From positions 90,001 to 122,000 of the forward strand of contig OY781871.1 of assembly GCA_963677105.1 (NCBI GenBank): a stretch of DNA of 32,000 nt, written 5' to 3'. Positions 15,789 through 24,394 of the stretch are shown here, in pieces. Position 1 is the first letter of the stretch; every line of letters starts with the position of its first letter. The notes under the pieces were generated by a model that made no database searches, was not told where the DNA came from, and saw only the letters and a program-made list of their open reading frames with translations. Position numbers and translations under genes: made by a program. Source of the DNA: Candidatus Saccharimonadota bacterium (GTDB taxonomy: Bacteria; Patescibacteriota; Gracilibacteria; UBA4473).

Positions 15789-16305
15789 GCGGAGAATAAA
15801 GTGTATACTCCCCTTCTGTAAAATCTACTTCAAATGTGTGAGAAGATCCTGGTGTAATTCGACCAAAATCCGCCAATCCTTCTACAGAAAAATCATGGGA
15901 AACTCTTCCATCATTTCGAACGGTAAAGACTACTCGTCCTTCTGGAACAGTTGAATCTGACAAGTCCATTCCTCCATCAAATAAATATACTTTTACCGCT
16001 GATTCAGACAATGAGGTTTTTTCATTTGTTGTTGTAACTCTTTTATTTGTAGTCACAGGAACTGTCTTTTTAGCAGGAACAAGAAGTGTTTCTGACTTCT
16101 TTCGTAATGCACTCAATTGTTCTTCTAAAGATAAATCTGATTCAATATCTAATACTATTTCATCTTCACCTTCTCCTGCTTCAATAACAATATCTTCCCC
16201 TTCTTCCACAAGTGGCATTTCCACCGAATCCCAATGTCGAACAACAAACCATACACCAAACACCATTACCGCAATAATAAGAAGCCGATTGATGAGTTTC
16301 ATCAT
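15730..16305 (-). CDS. membrane-anchored protein with a C-terminal cupredoxin-like beta domain (no Cu ligands seen)
   Basis: N-terminal TM anchor (LLIIAVMVFGVWFVV), an acidic linker, then a beta-rich about 90-aa domain (VVFTVRNDGRVSHDFSVEG..GSSHTFEVDFTEGEYTLYS) resembling the Cupredoxin_1 fold. The family call is tentative. Confidence 0.55.
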   Translation of the reverse strand: MMKLINRLLIIAVMVFGVWFVVRHWDSVEMPLVEEGEDIVIEAGEGEDEIVLDIESDLSLEEQLSALRKKSETLLVPAKKTVPVTTNKRVTTTNEKTSLSESAVKVYLFDGGMDLSDSTVPEGRVVFTVRNDGRVSHDFSVEGLADFGRITPGSSHTFEVDFTEGEYTLYSPRELDRQLEMYETLYVESAK

Positions 16306-16399
16306 GAGAAAAATAGATTATTTTAAAGTCAAGAGGAAAATACAACAACATTTACAAAAGCGCAAGCTTTTTTGACACTTTTTTCAAAAAAATCAAAAA

Positions 16400-16436
16400 A
16401 TAGAACAAAAAGGTGGAATCATACGACTCCACCTTT
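16400..16436 (-). terminator. rho-independent terminator of dnaK
   Basis: The minus strand reads AAAGGUGGA-(10-nt loop)-UCCACCUUU followed by UUGUUCUAUUUUUU. Stem at 16409-16436. Confidence 0.7.
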
Positions 16437-16471
16437 ATTAAATTACAATATTGAATTCTAAAATCTATATC

Positions 16472-18385
16472 TTACTTTTCATCAGCATTAATTTCTTCAA
16501 ACTCTGCTTCTTTAATTTCCTCCTCTCCTGTATTTTCTGCTTTCTTTTCTCCTTCCGCAGCCTGTGGATCAGTTCCCAATTCATGCATTTTCTTTCCCAA
16601 TTCCATCAAAATTTTCTGAAGTTCTTCTGAAGCTGTTTTTAATTCTTCTGCTGTTGCATCTTCTTTTTTCAAAAGTTCTCTAGGCGCTTTAAGACTCTCT
16701 TCTAATGTTTTAATAACATCATCAAGTTCTGATTTTTTCAATTCCTTTGCTTCTGTAATCGTTTTTTCTGATTGATATACTAATGAGTCTAAATGATTTC
16801 GTGCTTCTACTTCTTCTTTTCGTTTTTTATCTGCTTCTGCGTTTTCTTCTGCATCACGTTGCATCTTTGCAATATCATCATCTGAAATTCCTGACGATCC
16901 TTCAATACGGATGTTTTGTTTTTTTCCTGATCCTTTATCTGTAGCAGAAACTTGCAAAATCCCATTTGCATCAATATCAAATTCTACTTCAATTTGTGGA
17001 ACTCCTCGTGGAGCCGCCGCAATTCCATCAAGAATAAATTGTCCTAATGATTTGTTATCAACTGCCATTTCACGTTCTCCTTGTAATACGTGTAACTGCA
17101 CTTGTGTTTGATTGTCCGCATAGGTAGAAAATATTTGAGATTTTTTCGTTGGAATTGTTGTGTTTCGTTCAATAAGTGGCGTACGAATTCCTCCAGCAGT
17201 TTCTATTCCAAGCGTAAGTGGTGTTACATCAAGCAAAAGAATATCATGAACTTCTCCTTGAAGAACTCCTCCTTGAATTGCTGCTCCAAGAGCTACTACT
17301 TCATCTGGATTCTGAGAAGTATTCACTTTCTTTCCAAAAAACTCTTCTACTTTTTTTTGAACAAGTGGCGTACGAGTCATTCCTCCTACAAGAAGAATTT
17401 CATTAATATCTGATTTTGAAAGTTTCGCATCTGCAAGAACTTTTTTACATGGTTCTAAAGAACGTTCTATTAACTTTTCAATCAATTGTTCATATTTTGC
17501 ACGTGTGATTTTTTCATGCAAATGCAATGGTGCACCATCTTTCACAGTTAAATACATTAGATTTACTTCAAACTCTTGCGTACTTGAAAGTTCTTTTTTT
17601 GCTTTTTCTGCTTCCTCTTTTACTCGTTGCATTGCCATTGGATCTTTTTTCAAATCCACTCCATTATCTAAATCAAATTTGTCGACCAAATAGTCGATAA
17701 TTGCGTTATCAAAATCATCTCCACCCAAATGCGTATCTCCATTTGTTGCCAATACTTCAAATGTTCCATCAGAAATTTCTAAAACAGAAACATCAAATGT
17801 TCCTCCTCCAAGATCATAGACAACAATTTTTTCTTCTTTTCCTTTTTTATCTACTCCATACGCCAAAGCTGCTGCTGTCGGTTCATTAATAATTCGTTCT
17901 ACTTCCAGTCCAGCAATTTTCCCTGCATCACGAGTTGCTTTTCGTTGATCATCGTTAAAATATGCCGGAACAGTAATAACAGCTTTTGTTACTGGAGAAC
18001 CAATAAATGCTTCTGCATCCGCTTTCAATTTTGCTAAAACTTTTGATGAAATAACAGCTGGTTTCACAAACTTTCCTCCAAATTTTATTTCTACTGAATC
18101 ACTTTTCCCTTTTCCAAACTCAAATGGCATTTTTTTCATTTCATTCGCCACTTCACTTGATTTTCGTCCAATAAATCTTTTCGCTGAAAAAATTGTATTT
18201 TTCGGATTTGTAAGTGCTTGACGTTTTGCTGGTGTCCCCACTAGCGTCTGGTTATCTTTTTGCGCTACTATTGACGGAGTAGTGCGACCTCCTTCTGCAT
18301 TTGGGATTACAATTGCTTTTCCTCCTTCAATCACCGCAACACAAGAGTTTGTTGTCCCGAGATCAATTCCAATAATTTTTGACAT
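16472..18385 (-). CDS. dnaK: molecular chaperone DnaK (Hsp70)
   Basis: 637 aa containing [24 protein letters not shown] and [11 protein letters not shown] Hsp70 signatures. Confidence 0.97.
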   Translation of the reverse strand: MSKIIGIDLGTTNSCVAVIEGGKAIVIPNAEGGRTTPSIVAQKDNQTLVGTPAKRQALTNPKNTIFSAKRFIGRKSSEVANEMKKMPFEFGKGKSDSVEIKFGGKFVKPAVISSKVLAKLKADAEAFIGSPVTKAVITVPAYFNDDQRKATRDAGKIAGLEVERIINEPTAAALAYGVDKKGKEEKIVVYDLGGGTFDVSVLEISDGTFEVLATNGDTHLGGDDFDNAIIDYLVDKFDLDNGVDLKKDPMAMQRVKEEAEKAKKELSSTQEFEVNLMYLTVKDGAPLHLHEKITRAKYEQLIEKLIERSLEPCKKVLADAKLSKSDINEILLVGGMTRTPLVQKKVEEFFGKKVNTSQNPDEVVALGAAIQGGVLQGEVHDILLLDVTPLTLGIETAGGIRTPLIERNTTIPTKKSQIFSTYADNQTQVQLHVLQGEREMAVDNKSLGQFILDGIAAAPRGVPQIEVEFDIDANGILQVSATDKGSGKKQNIRIEGSSGISDDDIAKMQRDAEENAEADKKRKEEVEARNHLDSLVYQSEKTITEAKELKKSELDDVIKTLEESLKAPRELLKKEDATAEELKTASEELQKILMELGKKMHELGTDPQAAEGEKKAENTGEEEIKEAEFEEINADEK

Positions 18386-18402
18386 ATGTAGTTGTTTTAA
18401 AA

Positions 18403-18429
18403 TTAGCAGTCGAATTATAAGAGTGCTAA
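18403..18429. promoter_or_regulatory. CIRCE operator (HrcA binding site)
   Basis: TTAGCAGTC-N9-GAGTGCTAA against the consensus TTAGCACTC-N9-GAGTGCTAA: one mismatch and exact 9-nt spacing. It lies 18 nt upstream of the dnaK ATG. Confidence 0.9.
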
Positions 18430-18441
18430 GAGTCCTGTCAA
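18414..18441 (-). promoter_or_regulatory. dnaK promoter overlapping CIRCE
   Basis: The minus strand reads TTGACA (18441-18436), 16-nt spacer, TATAAT (18419-18414). The -10 lies inside the CIRCE spacer. Confidence 0.7.
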
Positions 18442-18457
18442 ATATTTTTTTGGTTCT

Positions 18458-18486
18458 TTGACAATAAACATATTTTCCGTTAGAAA
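18458..18486 (+). promoter_or_regulatory. candidate promoter for 18493..19431 (leaderless geometry)
   Basis: TTGACA (18458-18463), 17-nt spacer, TAGAAA (18481-18486), then 6 nt to GTG 18493. Confidence 0.45.
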
Positions 18487-18492
18487 CCGAGC

Positions 18493-19431
18493 GTGACTAT
18501 CAAAACTTTCCTGTATCGGTGTCTCCATGAAACTTCTTCTCCAGAGGGACATGTTGTGAATGGTTTGTTAAGTTTTTTAATTATGTTTTCTATTGCAGTT
18601 ATTCCGCTGCATTTATTTTCAAAAGTACCAGATCATAAATGGATCGAATCGAGCTTATTTCTTTTTGAGCAAATCTCCGTTTCTATTTTCACTATTGAAT
18701 ATTTACTCCGGATTTGGTCAAATAAAAAAAGATTAGGATTTATTCTTTCTTGGGAAGGAGTCGTTGATTTGGTTGCAATTTTACCATTTTATTTTGAAAA
18801 ATTTGGTATTGGATCTTCTCCAGAAATTTTTGTACTCCTACGACTGTTACGTATTTTGAAATTTTCAGTGATGTACGGAAAAGAACAATCTGAAATATTA
18901 TCTCATAATGCAGCTATCAAACATGGAGCATTTTATTTATTGAAACAGGAAAAAATTGAACAAATTGTACAAAAACATCCAATTATTTTTCTCTTAGGAC
19001 TTCTTTTTCCCCTTTTCTTTACCAGTACCGGATTAATTATAGTTCTCTTTACTTATGGCACACCGCACGAAACCATTTGGTTTGCTTTTTCTATTGTTTG
19101 TTTTTCCCTTTCCATAATATTTTTTTACAAAGCATGGCTTGATTATCAATACGACGTAATTTATATAACCAATTTCCGTGTAATTTTACAACAACACGAA
19201 TTGTTTGGATCAGAGACAAATGGATTAACATATGATTCTATAACGAATGTTGTACCGAATAATCGAGGATTTTTCCGTTGGGCGCTGGGGCTTGGACATA
19301 TTGAAATTGAAACGGCAAACAGAGACGCAACATTAGTTTTCCAAAACGTTCAACATCCACATAAGGTAGTAAGTAAAATTTCTGAAAATCGAATCATGCA
19401 CGAACAAGCAAGTGAACGTGAAATGAATTAG
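18493..19431 (+). CDS. voltage-sensor-like (S1-S4) domain fused to a 2-TM bacterial PH (YdbS/YdbT-type) module; no pore domain
   Basis: Ion_trans-like S2 ([11 protein letters not shown]), S3 ([10 protein letters not shown]) and S4 ([13 protein letters not shown]; R117, R120, K123 at every third position). No T-x-G-Y-G filter follows. Instead there are two TM helices and a bPH_2-like segment ([20 protein letters not shown]...DSITNV...[11 protein letters not shown]...FQNVQHP). Confidence 0.7.
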   Translation: MTIKTFLYRCLHETSSPEGHVVNGLLSFLIMFSIAVIPLHLFSKVPDHKWIESSLFLFEQISVSIFTIEYLLRIWSNKKRLGFILSWEGVVDLVAILPFYFEKFGIGSSPEIFVLLRLLRILKFSVMYGKEQSEILSHNAAIKHGAFYLLKQEKIEQIVQKHPIIFLLGLLFPLFFTSTGLIIVLFTYGTPHETIWFAFSIVCFSLSIIFFYKAWLDYQYDVIYITNFRVILQQHELFGSETNGLTYDSITNVVPNNRGFFRWALGLGHIEIETANRDATLVFQNVQHPHKVVSKISENRIMHEQASEREMN

Positions 19432-21380
19432 CTTCCTGAAGTAAATTTTCTAACAATTTCTTCTTTTGCTTTTTCCATAATTTTTCCTTTTAACGTTGGT
19501 TTTTCTGTTGTTGTTTCTTCTGTTTTTTCTTGTATTACTTCTGCTATATCTTCCCCTTCTTCTATTGATGTATCAGAGGAAAATATTCCCGCCAAAGACT
19601 TCTGTTCATCACGATCAATTTCTTCTTTTCTTTTCCTGTCTATTTCTGCGAAAAAAGCTTCCCGTTCCGGAGCATATTCACCAGCTTCTACTGCTTCTTT
19701 GATCGCTATAAGATATTTTTGTTCATCCGTCAGTACAGCATCAACCATTTCTGATCTCACTTCCGATTTCACTTCTTCCACATCATCACCAAAAAATTCT
19801 CCCAAAGTAGCCATCATTAAATTCATTCTCAATGCCCATTTTCCACCAGCAGTCATTACAATTTGTTTCTTCGTAGTTTTGCTAAGACCACGTGAAAAGA
19901 GTTTTCCTCCTGCTTTTGCTGTTTTTCGTGAGAATAATTTTCCTCCCGCTTTTACAGAATTTTTTGCTACTTGTTTTAGTGCTCCTTTTCGTATTCCACC
20001 TCGAAGAAAAGAACCACCTGCTGTACGTGCAGCAAGTATTGGTGCACTTGCCGTTCCCAATGAAGCAACAATTCCCACAACCGTTGCTACGTCCATTCCC
20101 AACGAAAGTCCAAATTCTGTCCATTTACTCCATGCTGGATTATCATCTTTTTTGAGTAATCGTTGTCCACTTCGAATTGTTCCCCAAATCGGGCACGCAT
20201 CTTTCCAATTGTCGACATCTTTTACTTCTTCCCAAAAAACACCAAGTGCCCTCGAAATCCCACCTCCTTCTGCACCTTCTCGAAGTGCTTTTCCCAGAGC
20301 TGACCCAACTATTTCCACCATCATAAATCCTCCTCGTTGTTTGATAGAAACTCCTGGAAGATATTTTTGAAATCCTTCCATTTTCATAAATTCTGGACCA
20401 AATTGTTTTGTTCCTGCTTGTACTGAATGTCGTGCAATCTTACGAATTTGATTTGCTCGTTCTACAGAAGTGTATTTATCTGCGTTTCGAGTAAGATTCG
20501 ATAATTGTCGCAAATAATTTTTGGAAATCATTACCGCTCCAGGATTTTCTTCAAAAACAGCACTAAATGCTATTTTCTTCGTTTCAATTCCTTGATTTAT
20601 TTTTCCCTCTACTTCTTCATATTCCTGACGACGTTCTTCCAATCTTTCTTTTACCAATTCTCCTTGTTTAATTTTTTCAAGTGCCCCCGTTTTTTTAAAC
20701 TGTTCAAATACTTTCCAACTTTTGAATGTAGAAATTACTGCCGGGAAGAAAGCAAATACTCGCCAAAAAACATTTCTCTTTTTTCTTTCCCCTGTTTCTT
20801 CATCATATTCTATTTCTGTGTTTTTCCATGCTTCTTTTATGGCGTCCATTGTTCCATATTTTTCATATTTTTTTTCTTGTGCCTTAATGTGTTCGAGCCA
20901 ATTATCAACTTTTTCTTTGGGTTCAAATTTCCATTTTTTATCCACTTCTTCGTCCAAGGCTTCCATCTCTTTTTTTGTATTCACTGCCGCCACAATAGTA
21001 TCATTTACTCCTTTTAATTTTTCTTCATCAGTTATTATCTCAACTCCCTGATCGACTGTTTCCGCAACCATTTCTTGTCCTTTTTTTCCTATAAATTTTT
21101 TCCCTAAAAGTAATCCAACTCCTCCTCCAATCACCCACTTCATTCCTCGTCTCCACCATGGTCTTTTTTTTGCCTCTTCTTCTGTTTCTGCTGCAATTTC
21201 ACGTTTTCCAATAAACGATTCGGAAACCGCATCTTTTATCTCCAGTGCTTTATCTGTTTCATGTCTCAAACCAATTGTTTCTGCCAATTTTTCGACTTCA
21301 GGTATTCCTTCTGATTCTTTTAAATCTTTAATTTTTTCCATTACGTCTTTTGCCGCAGTAATTTTTGATGTAATTCCCAT
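19428..21380 (-). CDS. large orphan membrane-associated protein (about 650 aa)
   Basis: Uninterrupted ORF to 21395 (TTG); the first ATG is at 21380. K/E-rich helical regions, hydrophobic segments (WVIGGGVGLLLG; LSLGMDVATVVGIVASLGTASAPIL) and an internal duplicated motif KAGGKLFSR. No family recognised. Confidence 0.65.
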   Translation of the reverse strand: MGITSKITAAKDVMEKIKDLKESEGIPEVEKLAETIGLRHETDKALEIKDAVSESFIGKREIAAETEEEAKKRPWWRRGMKWVIGGGVGLLLGKKFIGKKGQEMVAETVDQGVEIITDEEKLKGVNDTIVAAVNTKKEMEALDEEVDKKWKFEPKEKVDNWLEHIKAQEKKYEKYGTMDAIKEAWKNTEIEYDEETGERKKRNVFWRVFAFFPAVISTFKSWKVFEQFKKTGALEKIKQGELVKERLEERRQEYEEVEGKINQGIETKKIAFSAVFEENPGAVMISKNYLRQLSNLTRNADKYTSVERANQIRKIARHSVQAGTKQFGPEFMKMEGFQKYLPGVSIKQRGGFMMVEIVGSALGKALREGAEGGGISRALGVFWEEVKDVDNWKDACPIWGTIRSGQRLLKKDDNPAWSKWTEFGLSLGMDVATVVGIVASLGTASAPILAARTAGGSFLRGGIRKGALKQVAKNSVKAGGKLFSRKTAKAGGKLFSRGLSKTTKKQIVMTAGGKWALRMNLMMATLGEFFGDDVEEVKSEVRSEMVDAVLTDEQKYLIAIKEAVEAGEYAPEREAFFAEIDRKRKEEIDRDEQKSLAGIFSSDTSIEEGEDIAEVIQEKTEETTTEKPTLKGKIMEKAKEEIVRKFTSGS

Positions 21381-21498
21381 AAAGGAGAGTTTCAAAAAAT
21401 ATCAAGTAATTATACCTCAAAAAGCACTTTTAATCAAGCTTCATCACAATCAAAACAGTAACCAAACACTCCAAATTACAAATTAGAAAACTTCAAAC

Positions 21499-21540
21499 TT
21501 TGATATTTGTTATTTGTACTTTGATATTTGAACTTTTAAA
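21499..21540 (+). repeat. heptamer array (6 units)
   Basis: TTTGATA TTTGTTA TTTGTAC TTTGATA TTTGAAC TTTTAAA. The last unit contains the TAA stop of yebC (21536-21538, minus strand). Confidence 0.8.
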
Positions 21541-22273
21541 GAAGGTTGTCGTCCACATCAAATCCACCAAATACTTCATCCACATCTTCTGCATCTTCTA
21601 CTGCTGCGATGAATTTTTCTATTTTTTCCAAATCTTCTGCTTCTGTGATTTTTACCGGATCTTTTGCATGATATTCTGGTGCAGATTTTGACACTTCTAT
21701 TCCAGCAGAAATAAGAGCATCACGCACTGAACCAAGATTTTCAAATTTCGTAATAATCTCGCTTTCTTCTTCATCGTAAGAAAAATCATCTCCTCCAGCT
21801 TCAATCGCTATTTCAAACAATTCGTCTTCTGTTTTTCCATCATTTTTTACGAGAATAACTCCTACATGATCAAACTGAAACATAACTGAACCTGAACTTC
21901 CCAGATTTCCTCCGTTTTTCCCAAACGCTGTTTTTACTGATGGATATGTACGATTCGTATTATCCGTCAAGGCCGTAACAACAAATGGAACTCCTGCTGG
22001 ACCGAATCCTTCATACACTTGCTCTGAATACACAACGCCATCTTTTCCATCTCCTGACAGTTTTTTCAAAATTCGATCAATATTGTCATTCGGAACATTT
22101 TCTGATTTTGCATTCGCAATCGCTACTTTCAAAGACGAATTCGTATCAGGATTCGGATCACTTCGTCCCACAACCGCAATTATTTTTGAATGTTTCGTCA
22201 AAATCTTCCCACGTCGTGCATCATTTGCTCCTTTTTTGTGTTTAATCGTGCTCCATTTATTGTGTCCAGACAT
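21536..22273 (-). CDS. yebC: YebC/PmpR family DNA-binding transcriptional regulator
   Basis: MSGHNKWSTIKHKKGANDARRGKI.. is the invariant YebC N-terminus. 245 aa. Confidence 0.9.
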   Translation of the reverse strand: MSGHNKWSTIKHKKGANDARRGKILTKHSKIIAVVGRSDPNPDTNSSLKVAIANAKSENVPNDNIDRILKKLSGDGKDGVVYSEQVYEGFGPAGVPFVVTALTDNTNRTYPSVKTAFGKNGGNLGSSGSVMFQFDHVGVILVKNDGKTEDELFEIAIEAGGDDFSYDEEESEIITKFENLGSVRDALISAGIEVSKSAPEYHAKDPVKITEAEDLEKIEKFIAAVEDAEDVDEVFGGFDVDDNLL

Positions 22274-22313
22274 GTTTAAAAAATAAAATTTTCCTGCGAA
22301 GTCTACTCAAAAT

Positions 22314-23009
22314 TTATTTTTGACGCAACTGCTCGACTTCTTTCTCAGTTAATTTCCTCCATTCACCTGATTGCAAATTCCCAATTTCAATTGATTTCAC
22401 TCGCGTACGAAATAAATCTATCACATTCAAATGACAGGCTTCACACATTTTACGAATTTGCCGATTTCTCCCCTCTTCAAGAATAATCTTAAATTTATTC
22501 GACTTCATTTGTTCCACTACACACGGTTTCACTTTTTTATCATTCAAACGAATCGATCCGTTTCCTAATTTTTCTATCTCAACTGAAAACAAGCTTTTAT
22601 CGACTGTAACAACATATTCTTTGCTGTGTTCATATCGTGGATGCGCTAGAAAATTACAGAGTTCTCCATCATTTGTAAGGAGCAAAAGTCCGTGTGAATC
22701 TTTATCTAATCGACCAACTGGAACCACTCGTTCTGGACCAAAATCAAAACTTTTTAATGTTTTTCCTCCATGAGAATTATCAAATGTAACTTCAACTCCA
22801 ATTGGTTTATTCCATGCGAGTACAATCTTTTCTGGATTTCGTACCGTTAATTTTTTTCCTGAAATCAAAATTGTTTCCGTTCCATCTACTTGATCTCCAA
22901 GCGTTGCAATTGTTCCGTTAATTAAAATTTTTCGTGCAACAATCATCGCTTCTGCTTCACGTCGAGAACAAACTCCTTGCTGAGAAAGAAATTTTTGAAG
23001 TCGTATCAT
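22314..23009 (-). CDS. pseudouridine synthase, RsuA/RluB/RluF family
   Basis: N-terminal S4 domain (RLQKFLSQQGVCSRREAE) and catalytic GRLDKDSHGLLLLTNDG. Confidence 0.85.
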   Translation of the reverse strand: MIRLQKFLSQQGVCSRREAEAMIVARKILINGTIATLGDQVDGTETILISGKKLTVRNPEKIVLAWNKPIGVEVTFDNSHGGKTLKSFDFGPERVVPVGRLDKDSHGLLLLTNDGELCNFLAHPRYEHSKEYVVTVDKSLFSVEIEKLGNGSIRLNDKKVKPCVVEQMKSNKFKIILEEGRNRQIRKMCEACHLNVIDLFRTRVKSIEIGNLQSGEWRKLTEKEVEQLRQK

Positions 23010-24253
23010 GCGCGACGACGAGAAGAATAAAGACCAAATATTCCAACTAAAAGAATGGCAATAAATATTCCTGCCATTCCTGCTGGACCAGATTGTGCCA
23101 ATTTCGTAGTGAACGAATACACAGAACTCTCTGAGCGATTTCCAGAAGCATCAACTGTAACGATTTTGTATTCGTAATTTTTTCCAACTTTTATGTCTAA
23201 TTCAATTGTGTTTATCTCTTTCCCAATAGAATATCCTGAATCCCATGATCCCAATCCTTCTTTTACATACAGAATTTGATCCACTACGTCATTTTCTAAA
23301 TCAATTGATTTATCCCAACTCAATTCAGCAATTGCATCTGATGCAATTCTATCCGTATTTACAGTCAGATTCATCGCCTCAATTGGTGGAATAATATCTG
23401 GTGCTACTGGTTTCATCTGCTCTGGTTCTTGTATTGGTTCAATCTTCTTTTCTGGAAGTACTTCTTTCTCTTCTGGTTTAGACGTAATTTCCGATTCTGG
23501 GAACACCATTCCCACACTCAAAATCATACATTGCTTTTCTTCTAATACTTTTTGTAATAAATTTTCTGTATCCTTTCCTTCAGCAATATCACTGTAATAT
23601 TGTCCCATTGATTCTAATTTTTCTAACGGATATCGACATTCCATCCATTCTTTTTGCAACATTGTTTCTTTATAGCGACATGTATCATCTACTATTCCTG
23701 AAATCGTACGCGTAAGAACTTCTTTTGTAAGAGGATGTTTAAACGTACATTCATATTCTTCACAATTTGTTAATTTCTCTGGAAACGCTTCACAATCTAC
23801 TTTTTTTGGTTCTTCAATTGGTGTAACAACTTCTGGCTCTTTTTCTTCTTCCTTGGGCGGAACAATCACTTCTTCATCTTTCGGTATAGTAAATTCAACT
23901 TCAACAGAATAATTCTCTGATTCATTTTCTTCACTGTCTAACGCTGTTACGGCGAAATAATACGTCGTTCCCGGTAAAAGATTTTCAATTACTGTTTCAA
24001 TGCCTCCAGAAACCATTATTTCATCATCATATGTTGCACCAACCTCTTGAACCGAAGTCGTTCCAAAATATACACGATATCCAATAATAATGTCTTCTGT
24101 ACTTTCTGCTTCTTCCCATGTTACTCGCACAGAATCTTCTCCAGCCAATTGAACTTGTACATTTTCAACCTGTGAAGGAAAGGAAAATGCGCTTACTACA
24201 CCAAAAAATACTAATCCAAATATGGAGAGAATCGAACGAAAATATTTTTTCAT
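23006..24253 (-). CDS. surface protein with two fibronectin type III-like domains and a C-terminal membrane anchor / possible variant sorting signal
   Basis: Signal peptide (ILSIFGLVFFGVVSAFS). FN3-like segments (VRVTWEEAE..GYRVYFG..PGTTYYFAVTALD and ELSWDKS..YEYKIVTVDASGN). A central 6-Cys domain. C-terminus LAQSG-PAGMAGIFIAILLVGIFGLY-SSRRRA. The stop overlaps the rsuA-like ATG (ATGA). Confidence 0.7.
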   Translation of the reverse strand: MKKYFRSILSIFGLVFFGVVSAFSFPSQVENVQVQLAGEDSVRVTWEEAESTEDIIIGYRVYFGTTSVQEVGATYDDEIMVSGGIETVIENLLPGTTYYFAVTALDSEENESENYSVEVEFTIPKDEEVIVPPKEEEKEPEVVTPIEEPKKVDCEAFPEKLTNCEEYECTFKHPLTKEVLTRTISGIVDDTCRYKETMLQKEWMECRYPLEKLESMGQYYSDIAEGKDTENLLQKVLEEKQCMILSVGMVFPESEITSKPEEKEVLPEKKIEPIQEPEQMKPVAPDIIPPIEAMNLTVNTDRIASDAIAELSWDKSIDLENDVVDQILYVKEGLGSWDSGYSIGKEINTIELDIKVGKNYEYKIVTVDASGNRSESSVYSFTTKLAQSGPAGMAGIFIAILLVGIFGLYSSRRRA

Positions 24254-24278
24254 ATGTATATTAAATCAATCGTTAAAT

Positions 24279-24309
24279 ATTATAGCATCTAGAGCGGGTT
24301 TCTTGTCAA
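24279..24309 (-). promoter_or_regulatory. candidate promoter for the FN3 gene
   Basis: The minus strand reads TTGACA (24309-24304), a long 19-nt spacer, and an extended -10 TGcTATAAT (24287-24279). Confidence 0.5.
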
Positions 24310-24349
24310 ATTTTATACGCATTACGCTCCTCATAAAAAATAGAAAATT

Positions 24350-24384
24350 TTTGTAGTTTGTACTTTGAAAATTGAACTTTTAAG
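24350..24384 (+). repeat. heptamer array (5 units)
   Basis: TTTGTAG TTTGTAC TTTGAAA ATTGAAC TTTTAAG. On the minus strand it lies 10 nt downstream of the stop of the SLH protein gene. Confidence 0.85.
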
Positions 24385-24394
24385 CAAAACGACT

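Noticed and set aside
19496-21051. Plus-strand ORFs 19699..20370, 20505..21017, 20722..21051 and others
   Set aside because: They are antisense shadows of the 650-aa minus-strand ORF. They are rich in F/S/L/P, with no start context.
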